Positions 53,466-64,000 of a DNA stretch of 64,000 nt are shown one piece after another. Position 1 is the stretch's first letter, and every line of letters begins with the position of its first letter. The translations under genes were made by a program, and so were the position numbers. Origin of the DNA: Actinomycetales bacterium (lineage in GTDB: Bacteria; Actinomycetota; Actinomycetes; Streptosporangiales; Streptosporangiaceae); contig JBIQJI010000008.1 in assembly GCA_044507605.1 (NCBI GenBank), positions 26,395 through 90,394 of the forward strand. The letters run 5' to 3'. The notes beneath the pieces were generated by a model. It worked only from the letters and a program-made list of their open reading frames with translations. It was not told the DNA's origin and made no database searches.

Positions 53466-55931
53466 ATGCGAATACGATGGCACATGACGGGAGCGCTCCC
53501 ACCGGGGCCTTCCAGTGACGACAGGGCGAGACACAGGCGGGCCCGCCGCCGGGTCGCGCTGGTCGCCGCGGCCGGACTGTTCACCGGGCTGGCGGCGGTG
53601 TTCACGCCGACCGCCGCCCAGGCCGCCGTCGCCTGTGACGTGGACTACACGCACAACGACTGGAACAACGGCTTCACCGCCCAGGTGACGATCAAGAACA
53701 ACGGCGACCCGTGGTCGAACTGGACGCTGAAGTTCAACTTCCCGGGCGACCAGCGGATCACCCAGGGCTGGAGCGCCAACTGGTCGCAGAACGGCAACGC
53801 CGTCACCGCCACCAACATGCCCTGGAACGGCAACGTGGGCACCGGCGGGTCGACGCAGATCGGCTTCAACGCCAGCTACAGCGGCGTCAACACCGAGCCG
53901 GTGGCGTTCTCGGTCAACGGGGTCGCCTGTAACGGTGTCGTCCCGACGCAAACGCCCACCATCACGCCCACCGTCACCCCGACGGTGACCCCCACCGTGA
54001 CCCCCACGGTCACCCCCACGGTGACGCCGACGGTCACCCCCACGAGCGACAACGAGTACGTCCAGGACTTCCTGACGCTCTACAACAAGATCCACGACCC
54101 GGCGAACGGGTACTTCTCGCCGCAGGGCATCCCCTACCACTCGGTCGAGACGCTGATGGTCGAGGCGCCCGACTACGGGCACGAGACCACGTCCGAGGCG
54201 TTCAGCTACTGGCTGTGGCTGGAGGCGGTCTACGGCCAGGTGACCGGCGACTGGTCCAAGTTCAACGACGCCTGGGCGACGATGGAGCAGTACATCATCC
54301 CGTCGCACGCGGACCAGCCGACCAACTCGTTCTACGACCCGAGCAAGCCGGCCACCTACGCCGGTGAGTGGAACGACATCTCCGACTACCCGAGCCAGCT
54401 GGACAGCGGCGTGTCGGTCGGCCAGGACCCGATCGCCAACGAGCTGAAGTCCGCCTACGGCACCGACGACATCTACGGCATGCACTGGCTGCTCGACGTG
54501 GACAACCGGTACGGCTACGGGCGTTGCGGCGACGGCACCACCAAGCCGTCGTACATCAACACCTACCAGCGTGGCCCGGAGGAGTCGGTCTTCGAGACCA
54601 TCCCGCAGCCGTCGTGCGACAACTTCGCGTTCGGCGGCCCGAACGGCTACCTGGACCTGTTCACCGGTGACAGCGGCTACGCCAGGCAGTGGAAGTACAC
54701 CGACGCCCCCGACGCCGACGCGCGGGCCGTCCAGGCCGCCTACTGGGCGCTGACCTGGGCCAAGGCGCAGGGCAAGGAGTCGCAGATCTCCTCGACGGTC
54801 GCCAAGGCCGCGAAGATGGGCGACTACCTGCGGTACGCCATGTACGACAAGTACTTCAAGGCCCAGGGCTGCACCAGCACGTCCTGCCCCGCCGGCAGCG
54901 GCAAGAACAGCTCGGCCTACCTGCTGTCCTGGTACTACGCCTGGGGCGGCGCGCTCGACACCTCGGCCGGCTGGGCCTGGCGCATCGGCGCGAGCCACAA
55001 CCACTCGGGCTACCAGAACCCGCTGGCGGCCTGGGCGCTGTCGAACGTGTCGGAGCTGAGGCCCAGGGGCTCGACCGCGGTCACCGACTGGAGCACCAGC
55101 CTCGAGCGGCAGATCCAGTTCTACCAGTGGCTGCAGTCGGACGAGGGCGCGATCGCCGGTGGCGCGACCAACAGCTGGGAGGGCCACTACGCCTCCCCGC
55201 CGTCGGACCTGCCGCAGTTCTACGGCATGACCTACGACTGGCAGCCGGTGTACCACGACCCGCCGTCCAACCAGTGGTTCGGCTTCCAGGCGTGGAGCAT
55301 GGAGCGGGTGGCCGAGTACTACTACGCCACCGGCAACTCGGACGCCAAGGCGCTGCTGGACAAGTGGGTCGACTGGGCGCTCGATAACACCACGATCAAC
55401 GCCGACGGCACCTACTCGTTCCCGTCGACGCTGCACTGGAGCGGCGCCCCGGCCGGCGACTACAACGGCGGCACCGTCCCGCCGAACCCGGGCCTGCACG
55501 TCACGGTCGTCGACTCCACGAACGACGTGGGCGTCGCCGGCGCGTACGCCAAGGTCCTGATGTACTACGCCGCCAAGTCCGGTGACACGCAGGCGCGCGA
55601 CACCGCCAAGGCGCTGCTCGACGGCATCATGGACAACTACCAGGACGCCAAGGGCGTCTCGGTGGAGGAGCCCAAGCCGGACTACGACCGGCTCGACGAC
55701 CCGATCTACGTCCCGTCGGGCTGGAGCGGCACGATGCCGAACGGCGACCCGATCAACTCCGACTCCACCTTCATCTCCATCCGGTCTTGGTACAAGACCG
55801 ACCAGGACTGGTCGAAGGTGCAGGACTACCTCGACGGCACCGGGCCGGTGCCGACGTTCCACTACCACCGGTTCTGGGCGCAGGCCGATGTCGCCATCGC
55901 GCTCGCCGAGTACGGCCGGCTGTTCCCCTGA
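53466..55931 (+). CDS. Secreted GH48 cellobiohydrolase with N-terminal CBM2 and PT linker
   Basis: - Signal peptide.
- CBM2: [25 protein letters not shown]...VACN.
- (PTVT)n linker.
- GH48 core: [39 protein letters not shown]...
- ATG 53466 is preceded by GGAGGA. Confidence 0.9.
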   Translation: MRIRWHMTGALPPGPSSDDRARHRRARRRVALVAAAGLFTGLAAVFTPTAAQAAVACDVDYTHNDWNNGFTAQVTIKNNGDPWSNWTLKFNFPGDQRITQGWSANWSQNGNAVTATNMPWNGNVGTGGSTQIGFNASYSGVNTEPVAFSVNGVACNGVVPTQTPTITPTVTPTVTPTVTPTVTPTVTPTVTPTSDNEYVQDFLTLYNKIHDPANGYFSPQGIPYHSVETLMVEAPDYGHETTSEAFSYWLWLEAVYGQVTGDWSKFNDAWATMEQYIIPSHADQPTNSFYDPSKPATYAGEWNDISDYPSQLDSGVSVGQDPIANELKSAYGTDDIYGMHWLLDVDNRYGYGRCGDGTTKPSYINTYQRGPEESVFETIPQPSCDNFAFGGPNGYLDLFTGDSGYARQWKYTDAPDADARAVQAAYWALTWAKAQGKESQISSTVAKAAKMGDYLRYAMYDKYFKAQGCTSTSCPAGSGKNSSAYLLSWYYAWGGALDTSAGWAWRIGASHNHSGYQNPLAAWALSNVSELRPRGSTAVTDWSTSLERQIQFYQWLQSDEGAIAGGATNSWEGHYASPPSDLPQFYGMTYDWQPVYHDPPSNQWFGFQAWSMERVAEYYYATGNSDAKALLDKWVDWALDNTTINADGTYSFPSTLHWSGAPAGDYNGGTVPPNPGLHVTVVDSTNDVGVAGAYAKVLMYYAAKSGDTQARDTAKALLDGIMDNYQDAKGVSVEEPKPDYDRLDDPIYVPSGWSGTMPNGDPINSDSTFISIRSWYKTDQDWSKVQDYLDGTGPVPTFHYHRFWAQADVAIALAEYGRLFP
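53941..54047. repeat. Pro-Thr linker coding repeat (12-bp PTVT units) in GH48 gene
   Basis: ccc acc gtc acc / ccg acg gtg acc units repeated about 7 times. Confidence 0.85.
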
Positions 55932-55963
55932 TGGGCGCCCTCCGGGGCTCCTGACAGCCGTGC

Positions 55964-55998
55964 GGGGCGCGTCGGCGCCTGACCCGCCGACGCGCCCC
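55964..55998 (+). terminator. Perfect 14-bp-stem hairpin downstream of GH48
   Basis: GGGGCGCGTCGGCG cctgacc CGCCGACGCGCCCC. Confidence 0.6.
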
Positions 55999-56014
55999 TG
56001 ATCCGAAGAAAAGA

Positions 56015-56055
56015 GGCGGGGCGTGGTGATGCCTGAACCATCACCACGCCCCGCC
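56015..56055 (+). terminator. Second perfect hairpin (17-bp stem) downstream of GH48
   Basis: GGCGGGGCGTGGTGATG cctgaac CATCACCACGCCCCGCC. Confidence 0.6.
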
Positions 56056-56101
56056 CGCACATCAGCCCCATCGCGGGTGAACCACCTGACCACTTGTCTG
56101 A

Positions 56102-58513
<2,412 letters not shown>

Positions 58514-58585
58514 CCCTGGGCTGCGGCCCCGCACAGCCCTCTCAGGGCGGCCGGACACCTCCCCCTTCATCCGGCCGGTAAGACC

Positions 58586-58628
58586 GTGTGCGCCTCTCCC
58601 GGACCCGACCTCCGGGGGAGGCGCACAC
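58586..58628. terminator. Bidirectional hairpin between convergent GH9 and M6 protease genes
   Basis: GTGTGCGCCTCTCCCGGA cccgacc TCCGGGGGAGGCGCACAC forms an 18-bp stem with one mismatch. Confidence 0.55.
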
Positions 58629-58804
58629 GCATGCTCGGGTGCCATCGCCGCCGGCGCCCGCAGGCTCGGGGGAACGCCGGAGCGGTCCGGGCGCGCACCA
58701 TCGCAGGAGCGGGCAGACGCGCGCAGGGCCGCCCCCGGAGGATGCCGGGGACGGCCCTGTCGAGGCGATGTCCCGGGCCGCGCGTGCGCGGCCGGGCGGG
58801 CCCG

Positions 58805-61675
58805 CTAAGGCGTGGCGGTCTTGGCGGGCGGGGTCACCCGGACGATGACCCCCAGGTTGCCGGGCAGCGGCGCCAGCAGCCGGATCTTGACCCCGAGTTG
58901 CTTGCCCACGTCGCCGGGGTTGCCGGTGCCGAGGGTGAACCCGTTGATCGTCTGGCCGTACAGGTCCGTCGCCGGGCTGCCGTCGGGGTTGACGATGCGC
59001 ACCGAGTAGGGCTGGTCGTCCTTGGACGGCATGGTCACCGAGGCGTCGCGCTGCCGGTAGTACAGGCCGTCGTCACGGACCTCCAGACCGGGGTACCAGG
59101 TCTTGGCGTCGGTGAAGCTCCGCACCGGCGGCTGCGGCCGGAACGAGGTGCAGTACTCGCTGAACGGCTCGTCCTGCGCCTCCAGGCACTCCTTGAACCG
59201 GTACGTCGGGCGGAAGCCGAACGCCGCGTTGGAGGCCTGCGGCCGCGACGGGATGTTCTTCAGCACCGACGGGTCCTTGTCCGCGGCCGTGCCGGTGCGC
59301 CGCAGCGGCTCGTAGTGCGAGTCGACCAGCAGCAGCTGCCCCTTGCTGCCGAGCGACGGCCCCGCCCACAGGTTGGCCGAGGCGTTGTTGGCGGCGTAGG
59401 AGGCGTCGCGGAGCCAGATCAGCAGACCCGGCGCGTTGTACGGGACCTTCTCCACCTTCCACACGCCGTCGTGCAGGTAGGTGCTGTCGTAGGTGTACTG
59501 CAGGCCCTTGTCGAAGCCGTCCAGGTTGCGCCACTCGGCCAGGTAGTACTGGGCGCTCTGCACCACGCCGCCGTGCCGCGTCCAGCCGGCGCCGGTGGTG
59601 TCGGCGAAGGTGCCGGTCGTGGCGGTCCAGCCGTTGTCGCCGGACTCGACGTCGTCGCTCCACACGGTGGCGCCACCGCTGGTGAGGGCGAAGTCGTCGG
59701 AGAACCAGCCGCGCTCCTGGAAGGCCTCGTCGGTGGCGTACCGCAGCCGGATCTGCACGGTCTTCCCGGCGTACGGCGCCAGGTCGACGTAGTCGTGCCG
59801 CCAGCCGCCGGTGCTGCCGGTCAGGCCGTACTTCTTGCCGCCGAAGTCGCTCATGCGGCCGTTCGGGTCGGCGTAGCCGTCGTCGGTCGACACGAGCGTG
59901 CCGTCCTCGGCGTACACCTTCTGCTCGGCCCAGGTGGCGCCGCCGTCGGTGGACACCTCGACGAAGCCGAAGTCCCAGTCGGACTCGATGATGTAGTTGT
60001 CCCACAGCCAGAACTTCGCGTCGGTGCCGCCGGCCGGCACGTCGACGGTGCGGGTCAGCCGCGAGTCGGCCCAGCCCTGGTCGTTGCCCGACCACCACAT
60101 CTCGCCGCCGCTGTGCGGGGTCGCCATGACCACGCGCTTGTCGGGCAGGTTGACCCGAACTCCGTCCGCGGTGTGCTTCGGCGTGCGCGACGACTGGCCG
60201 ACGATGACGTCCTGGGTGCGGTCGCCTGGGTTGATCACCTTGGGGTCGGCCCAGCCGAGCACCCACTTGTCCCACAGCCCCATCTCGACGGGCATGGACT
60301 GGAAGATGGGCCCGGAGTGGGAGCCGGTGGACATCAGGTCCCAGAACTCCACGTCGGTGTCGCCGCCGTTGGTGGAGTCGTACAGGTCGGGCAGGCCGAG
60401 GTCGTGGCCGTACTCGTGCGCGAACACGCCGACCCCGGCGTTCTCGGGCTGCACGATGTAGTTGGAGATCTTCACGCTGGTGCCGGGCACGGTGTAGCCG
60501 CCGGGGATGGTGCTGGAGTGCGCCCAGATCGCGAACGAGCCCTGGGCGCCGCCGCCGCCGGACTTGTCCTCGCCCGCGTGGATCAGCACCAGGTGGTCGA
60601 TCACGCCGTCGGGCTCATCGTAGTTGCCGTCGCCGTCGGCGTCGGCGACGTCCTCCTTGTCGTAGTCGGCCCAGGGGAAGTCCGGGTTCTGCTGGGCCAG
60701 CACGTTGACGGCGTCGATGCCGAGTTGCGCGGGACCGCGCGGGTTGTCCGGGTGGCCGGCCATGTCCTGCGGGTACGTGCCGCACTTGCCGGCGCCGTAC
60801 CAGGCCTCCGAGTGCGGCACCTTGAGCCAGCCGATGGCCTCACCGGTCACGGTGTAGGCGCCCTTCGACATCTCCTCGTAGATGTTCTTCAGTGTGCTGC
60901 CGGAGATGTCGATGCCCTTGCGGTGGTCGCGGGGGTCCCGCAGGTCCATGCGCACCCGGGTGGTGATGCCCCGGGTGGAGTAGAGCATCTTGTTGAAGTG
61001 CTCGGTGCTGAAGTCCGGCACCCACATCGAGTTGTTGTCCTTGCCGCCCCCTGCCGCCAGCGCCGGGTCGGGGATGGTGTTGTGCAACGGACCGTTGATC
61101 ACGGTGCCGGGCGGCTCCGTCACGCAGTCGTCGACGTCGTTGATGGTCTTGGGGTGACTGAAGCCGGAAAAGTCGTCGTTTGCGGTGTCATTGAACTCAA
61201 CGAGCAAAGTGAGGAGTTTGGCCTCCTTTGCGACTTTTGTCTTTTTGAAGATGAAATCGAAGGGGTTCTGGCCGGTGCGAATCGCCTCGCGCTCATTGTG
61301 GATCAGCCTGCGCGCTGCCACCGGGTTGCCCTCGGAGAACTTGTGGTCGATCTCCTCCGCCGTCGTCGGACGGGCCGACCGCAGGCTCGGCCCCGGCAGC
61401 TTCTCGCCGCCGTCCGTGGTGTCGTCCTGCACTTTGGGCGGGGCGTAGTTGATGTAGGTGTCATGAAGTGACGGCCGATAGTGGGCCGGGGTGTCATCGG
61501 CCGCTCCGGGAGCGGCGAACGCGGCCTGGGCCGTCAGTCCTAACGCGGTGAGAGCGACCGCGGGAACAATGGCGGTGAGGCGACGCCGCGTGCCACCCGC
61601 GGCTCGACCTCCGACTCTGCTCGACAACAGGAGTCCCTTTCCCGCCCGGGTTCGCCGGGCGAACGTCCGGGGCAC
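58805..61675 (-). CDS. Secreted immune inhibitor A (InhA)-like M6 family metalloprotease
   Basis: Signal peptide LTAIVPAVALTALGLTAQAAFAAPG. Zinc site FAHEYGHDLGLPDLYD. Large C-terminal beta-rich domains. GTG 61675; the start is uncertain. Confidence 0.85.
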   Translation of the reverse strand: MPRTFARRTRAGKGLLLSSRVGGRAAGGTRRRLTAIVPAVALTALGLTAQAAFAAPGAADDTPAHYRPSLHDTYINYAPPKVQDDTTDGGEKLPGPSLRSARPTTAEEIDHKFSEGNPVAARRLIHNEREAIRTGQNPFDFIFKKTKVAKEAKLLTLLVEFNDTANDDFSGFSHPKTINDVDDCVTEPPGTVINGPLHNTIPDPALAAGGGKDNNSMWVPDFSTEHFNKMLYSTRGITTRVRMDLRDPRDHRKGIDISGSTLKNIYEEMSKGAYTVTGEAIGWLKVPHSEAWYGAGKCGTYPQDMAGHPDNPRGPAQLGIDAVNVLAQQNPDFPWADYDKEDVADADGDGNYDEPDGVIDHLVLIHAGEDKSGGGGAQGSFAIWAHSSTIPGGYTVPGTSVKISNYIVQPENAGVGVFAHEYGHDLGLPDLYDSTNGGDTDVEFWDLMSTGSHSGPIFQSMPVEMGLWDKWVLGWADPKVINPGDRTQDVIVGQSSRTPKHTADGVRVNLPDKRVVMATPHSGGEMWWSGNDQGWADSRLTRTVDVPAGGTDAKFWLWDNYIIESDWDFGFVEVSTDGGATWAEQKVYAEDGTLVSTDDGYADPNGRMSDFGGKKYGLTGSTGGWRHDYVDLAPYAGKTVQIRLRYATDEAFQERGWFSDDFALTSGGATVWSDDVESGDNGWTATTGTFADTTGAGWTRHGGVVQSAQYYLAEWRNLDGFDKGLQYTYDSTYLHDGVWKVEKVPYNAPGLLIWLRDASYAANNASANLWAGPSLGSKGQLLLVDSHYEPLRRTGTAADKDPSVLKNIPSRPQASNAAFGFRPTYRFKECLEAQDEPFSEYCTSFRPQPPVRSFTDAKTWYPGLEVRDDGLYYRQRDASVTMPSKDDQPYSVRIVNPDGSPATDLYGQTINGFTLGTGNPGDVGKQLGVKIRLLAPLPGNLGVIVRVTPPAKTATP

Positions 61676-61787
61676 GTGGGTCGACGCGCCGAATAAGGCC
61701 GGACGTTAGAGCAGAGCATAAAGAAATAGTAAAATAGCCAGCGGATGATATTAAACCGTGATCTTTTCCGGCGAATGACGGGGCCGG

Positions 61788-63491
61788 TCAGACCGGCGGC
61801 AGCGGCTGCCTCCTGGGCCCCGCGGGCTCCTGGCCGGACAGGGTGGGGGCGCCGTAGTGCAGGTCGAACGCCGGGCGTTCGCTGCGGATCACCGGGATCA
61901 TGGTGAAATTATGCCGCGGCGGCGGGCAGGACGTCGCCCACTCCAGCGAGTTCCCATAGCCCCACGGGTCGTCCACCATGACCCGCACGCCCTTGCGCGC
62001 CGAACGCCACACGTTCCACAGGAACGGCAGCGTGGACAGCCCGAGCAGGAACGCCCCCACCGAGGAGACTTCGTTCAGGGTGGTGAAGCCGGAGGCCGTC
62101 GAGTAGTCGGCGTACCGGCGGGGCATGCCGGCGACACCCAGCCAGTGCTGCACCAGGAACGTGGTGTGGAACCCGATGAACAGGGTCCAGAAGTGCAGCT
62201 TGCCCAGCCGGTCGTCGAGCATCCTGCCGGTGAACTTGGGCCACCAGAAATAGAACCCGGCGAACATCGCGAACACCACCGTGCCGAACACCACGTAGTG
62301 GAAGTGCCCCACCACGAAGTAGGTGTCGGTGACGTGGAAGTCCAGTGGCGGCGAGGCCAGGATGACGCCGGTGAGACCGCCGAACAGGAACGTCACCAGG
62401 AAACCGACCGCGAAGAGCATCGGCGACTCGAACGACAGATGGCCGCGCCACATGGTGCCGACCCAGTTGAAGAACTTCACCCCCGTGGGCACCGCGATGA
62501 GGAAGCTCATCAGGGAGAAGAACGGCAGCAGCACCTGGCCGGTGCCGAACATGTGGTGCGCCCACACCGTCATCGACAGCCCGGCGATCGCGATGGTGGC
62601 GCCGACCAGGCCGACGTACCCGAAGACCGGCTTGCGGGAGAAGACCGGGATCACCTCGGTGATGATGCCGAAGAACGGCAGCGCGATGATGTACACCTCG
62701 GGGTGGCCGAAGAACCAGAACAGGTGCTGCCACAGCATCGCCCCGCCGGAGGCCGCGTCGAAGACGCGCGAGCCGAGCTTGCGGTCGATCTCGCCCACGA
62801 GCAGCGCCGCCGCCAGCGGCGGGAAGGCCATGATCACCAGGACGCTGGTGAGCAGCACGTTCCAGGTGAAGATCGGCAGGCGGAACATCGTCATGCCGGG
62901 CGCCCGCATGCCGATGATCGTGCTGATGAAGTTGACCGCGCCGAGGATCGTGCCGAGCCCCGACAGCACCAGGCCCATGAACCACAGGTCGGCGCCCAGC
63001 TCCGGGGAGAAGTGGGCGTTGTTGAGCGGCGCGTAGGCGAACCAGCCGAAGGCCGCCGCGCCGCCCGAGGTCGTGAACCCCGCCATCACGATGATGCCGC
63101 CGAACAGGAACAGCCAGTAGCTGACCGCGTTCAGCCGGGGGAACGCCACGTCGGGCGCGCCGATCTGCAGCGGCATCACCTCGTTGGCGAACCCGGCGAA
63201 CAGCGGCGTCGCGAACATCAGCAGCATGATCGTGCCGTGCATCGTGAACAGCTCGTTGTACTGCTCGCGGTCCACGACCTGCATCCCCGGCTCGAGCAGC
63301 TCGGCCCGGATGAGCATGGCCATGATTCCGGCGAGCAGGAAGAACACGAACGAGGTGATCAGGTAGAGGTGCCCGATCACCTTGTGGTCGGTGGTGGTGA
63401 GCCAGGCCGTGATGCGCTCGCCTTTTCGAAAGCCGGTGGGCACCAGCGCCGGTTCCGGCCGGCCTTGGGGCGGCTGTTCGACGGTGGTCAA
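61788..63491 (-). CDS. ctaD: Cytochrome c oxidase subunit I
   Basis: [37 protein letters not shown] and WAHHMF. TTG 63491 is preceded by GGAGGGGG at 7-nt spacing. ORF 61788..63692 extends further upstream. Confidence 0.9.
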   Translation of the reverse strand: MTTVEQPPQGRPEPALVPTGFRKGERITAWLTTTDHKVIGHLYLITSFVFFLLAGIMAMLIRAELLEPGMQVVDREQYNELFTMHGTIMLLMFATPLFAGFANEVMPLQIGAPDVAFPRLNAVSYWLFLFGGIIVMAGFTTSGGAAAFGWFAYAPLNNAHFSPELGADLWFMGLVLSGLGTILGAVNFISTIIGMRAPGMTMFRLPIFTWNVLLTSVLVIMAFPPLAAALLVGEIDRKLGSRVFDAASGGAMLWQHLFWFFGHPEVYIIALPFFGIITEVIPVFSRKPVFGYVGLVGATIAIAGLSMTVWAHHMFGTGQVLLPFFSLMSFLIAVPTGVKFFNWVGTMWRGHLSFESPMLFAVGFLVTFLFGGLTGVILASPPLDFHVTDTYFVVGHFHYVVFGTVVFAMFAGFYFWWPKFTGRMLDDRLGKLHFWTLFIGFHTTFLVQHWLGVAGMPRRYADYSTASGFTTLNEVSSVGAFLLGLSTLPFLWNVWRSARKGVRVMVDDPWGYGNSLEWATSCPPPRHNFTMIPVIRSERPAFDLHYGAPTLSGQEPAGPRRQPLPPV

Positions 63492-63729
63492 CGGCGTGCC
63501 CCCTCCGTGGTAGCGGGTAGAGCCTGCCCGCGCTTTTCCCCGGCTCCCGGGTGACAAACCGGAGACGCCACAACCGCGCAGGTAGTTGAACATTTGACAG
63601 AAAGTTGTCAAATCGGTCTCAATCCGCCCGGGAGAAGTGCGACCGCCCGCGTCACTCAGACCACACTGGTAGCGTCTAGCCCCATAAATCACCTTTTAGG
63701 GGTAGTCGGGGCAGGCTGGGGGGTCAGAC

Positions 63730-64000
63730 GTGGTACAGGCGCTCGCGGACGACGATCCACGCAGCCTGGGCGCCTATCGGCTGCTCGGGCGGCTGGGCGC
63801 GGGCGGGCAGGGCGTCGTCTACCTCGGCCATGGGCCGGCGGGCGAGCAGGTGGCGATCAAGCTGCTGCATCCGGGGGTCGCGGCCGAGCCGCTGGCGCGG
63901 GAACGATTCCTGCGCGAGGTCACCGTCGCCCAGCGGGTCGCCCGGTTCTGCACGGCGCCCGTGCTGCACGCCGACCTGGCCGGCAGCCGGCCGTACGTCG
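63730..64000 (+). CDS. Serine/threonine protein kinase, 5' fragment (runs off window end)
   Basis: My own translation from GTG 63730 gives VVQALADDDPRSLGAYRLLGRLGAGGQGVVYLGHGPAGEQVAIKLL..., with a Gly-rich loop and the VAIK lysine. It is absent from the ORF track because no stop lies in the window. An in-frame stop at 63703 bounds the 5' end. Confidence 0.7.
   Translation, partial: MVQALADDDPRSLGAYRLLGRLGAGGQGVVYLGHGPAGEQVAIKLLHPGVAAEPLARERFLREVTVAQRVARFCTAPVLHADLAGSRPYV

Noticed and set aside
53941-54047. Regularly spaced short repeats that could look like a CRISPR or minisatellite array (also 58044-58200)
   Set aside because: They are contiguous 12-bp in-frame units without spacers, encoding Pro-Thr linkers between cellulase modules. 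They are not a CRISPR array.
63724-63969. 81-aa minus-strand ORF
   Set aside because: The plus strand here translates into a textbook Ser/Thr kinase N-terminus (GxGxxG loop and VAIK), so the minus ORF is a shadow.

Overview
Very high-GC actinomycete chromosomal DNA. Third codon positions are almost all G/C, so every real gene casts long shadow ORFs on other frames and strands. I support about 50 CDS and found no rRNA, tRNA, CRISPR array, transposase or integrase.

Gene content in order:
- Lipoprotein, DUF4142 protein, and an ECF sigma / anti-sigma pair.
- Ferric-reductase-like membrane protein, CopD/CtaG fusion, and a TIGR03118 propeller protein.
- APH-type phosphotransferase, EamA transporter, and a small ferredoxin.
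- A minus-strand gene run (11.0-20.9 kb): LacI regulator, sugar ABC transporter, four tandem ADP-ribosylglycohydrolase paralogs and ribokinase. Perfect palindromic operators lie upstream.
- An AT-rich boundary followed by a tightly packed three-gene cassette at 21.3-25.6 kb: a signal-anchored membrane protein and two P-loop NTPases. No function is recognisable.
- A cation:proton antiporter.
- An FxSxx-type locus at 27.0-34.0 kb: a 352-aa orphan protein, a 1320-aa ParA-like/TIR-like/NB-ARC/TPR STAND protein, a 60-aa leader-like peptide, and a divergent HExxH protein. The radical SAM maturase normally associated with this system is absent.
- Orphan ClpP, orphan Phd/YefM antitoxin, aldo/keto reductase, SGNH hydrolase, DUF397 protein, PAS-GAF-PP2C-kinase fusion, PolX, and WS/DGAT.
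- Two DUF485 + solute:sodium symporter modules downstream of a LytS / FHA / LytTR gene set, then a HIT protein.
- GH48 and GH9 cellulases. The GH48 gene is preceded by a perfect CelR/CebR box.
- M6 (InhA-like) metalloprotease, ctaD, and the 5' end of a Ser/Thr kinase.

The two best candidates for an undescribed system are the FxSxx-like/STAND locus (27049-34014) and the membrane + double-NTPase cassette (21274-25567). All family assignments come from reading motifs by eye. No searches were run.
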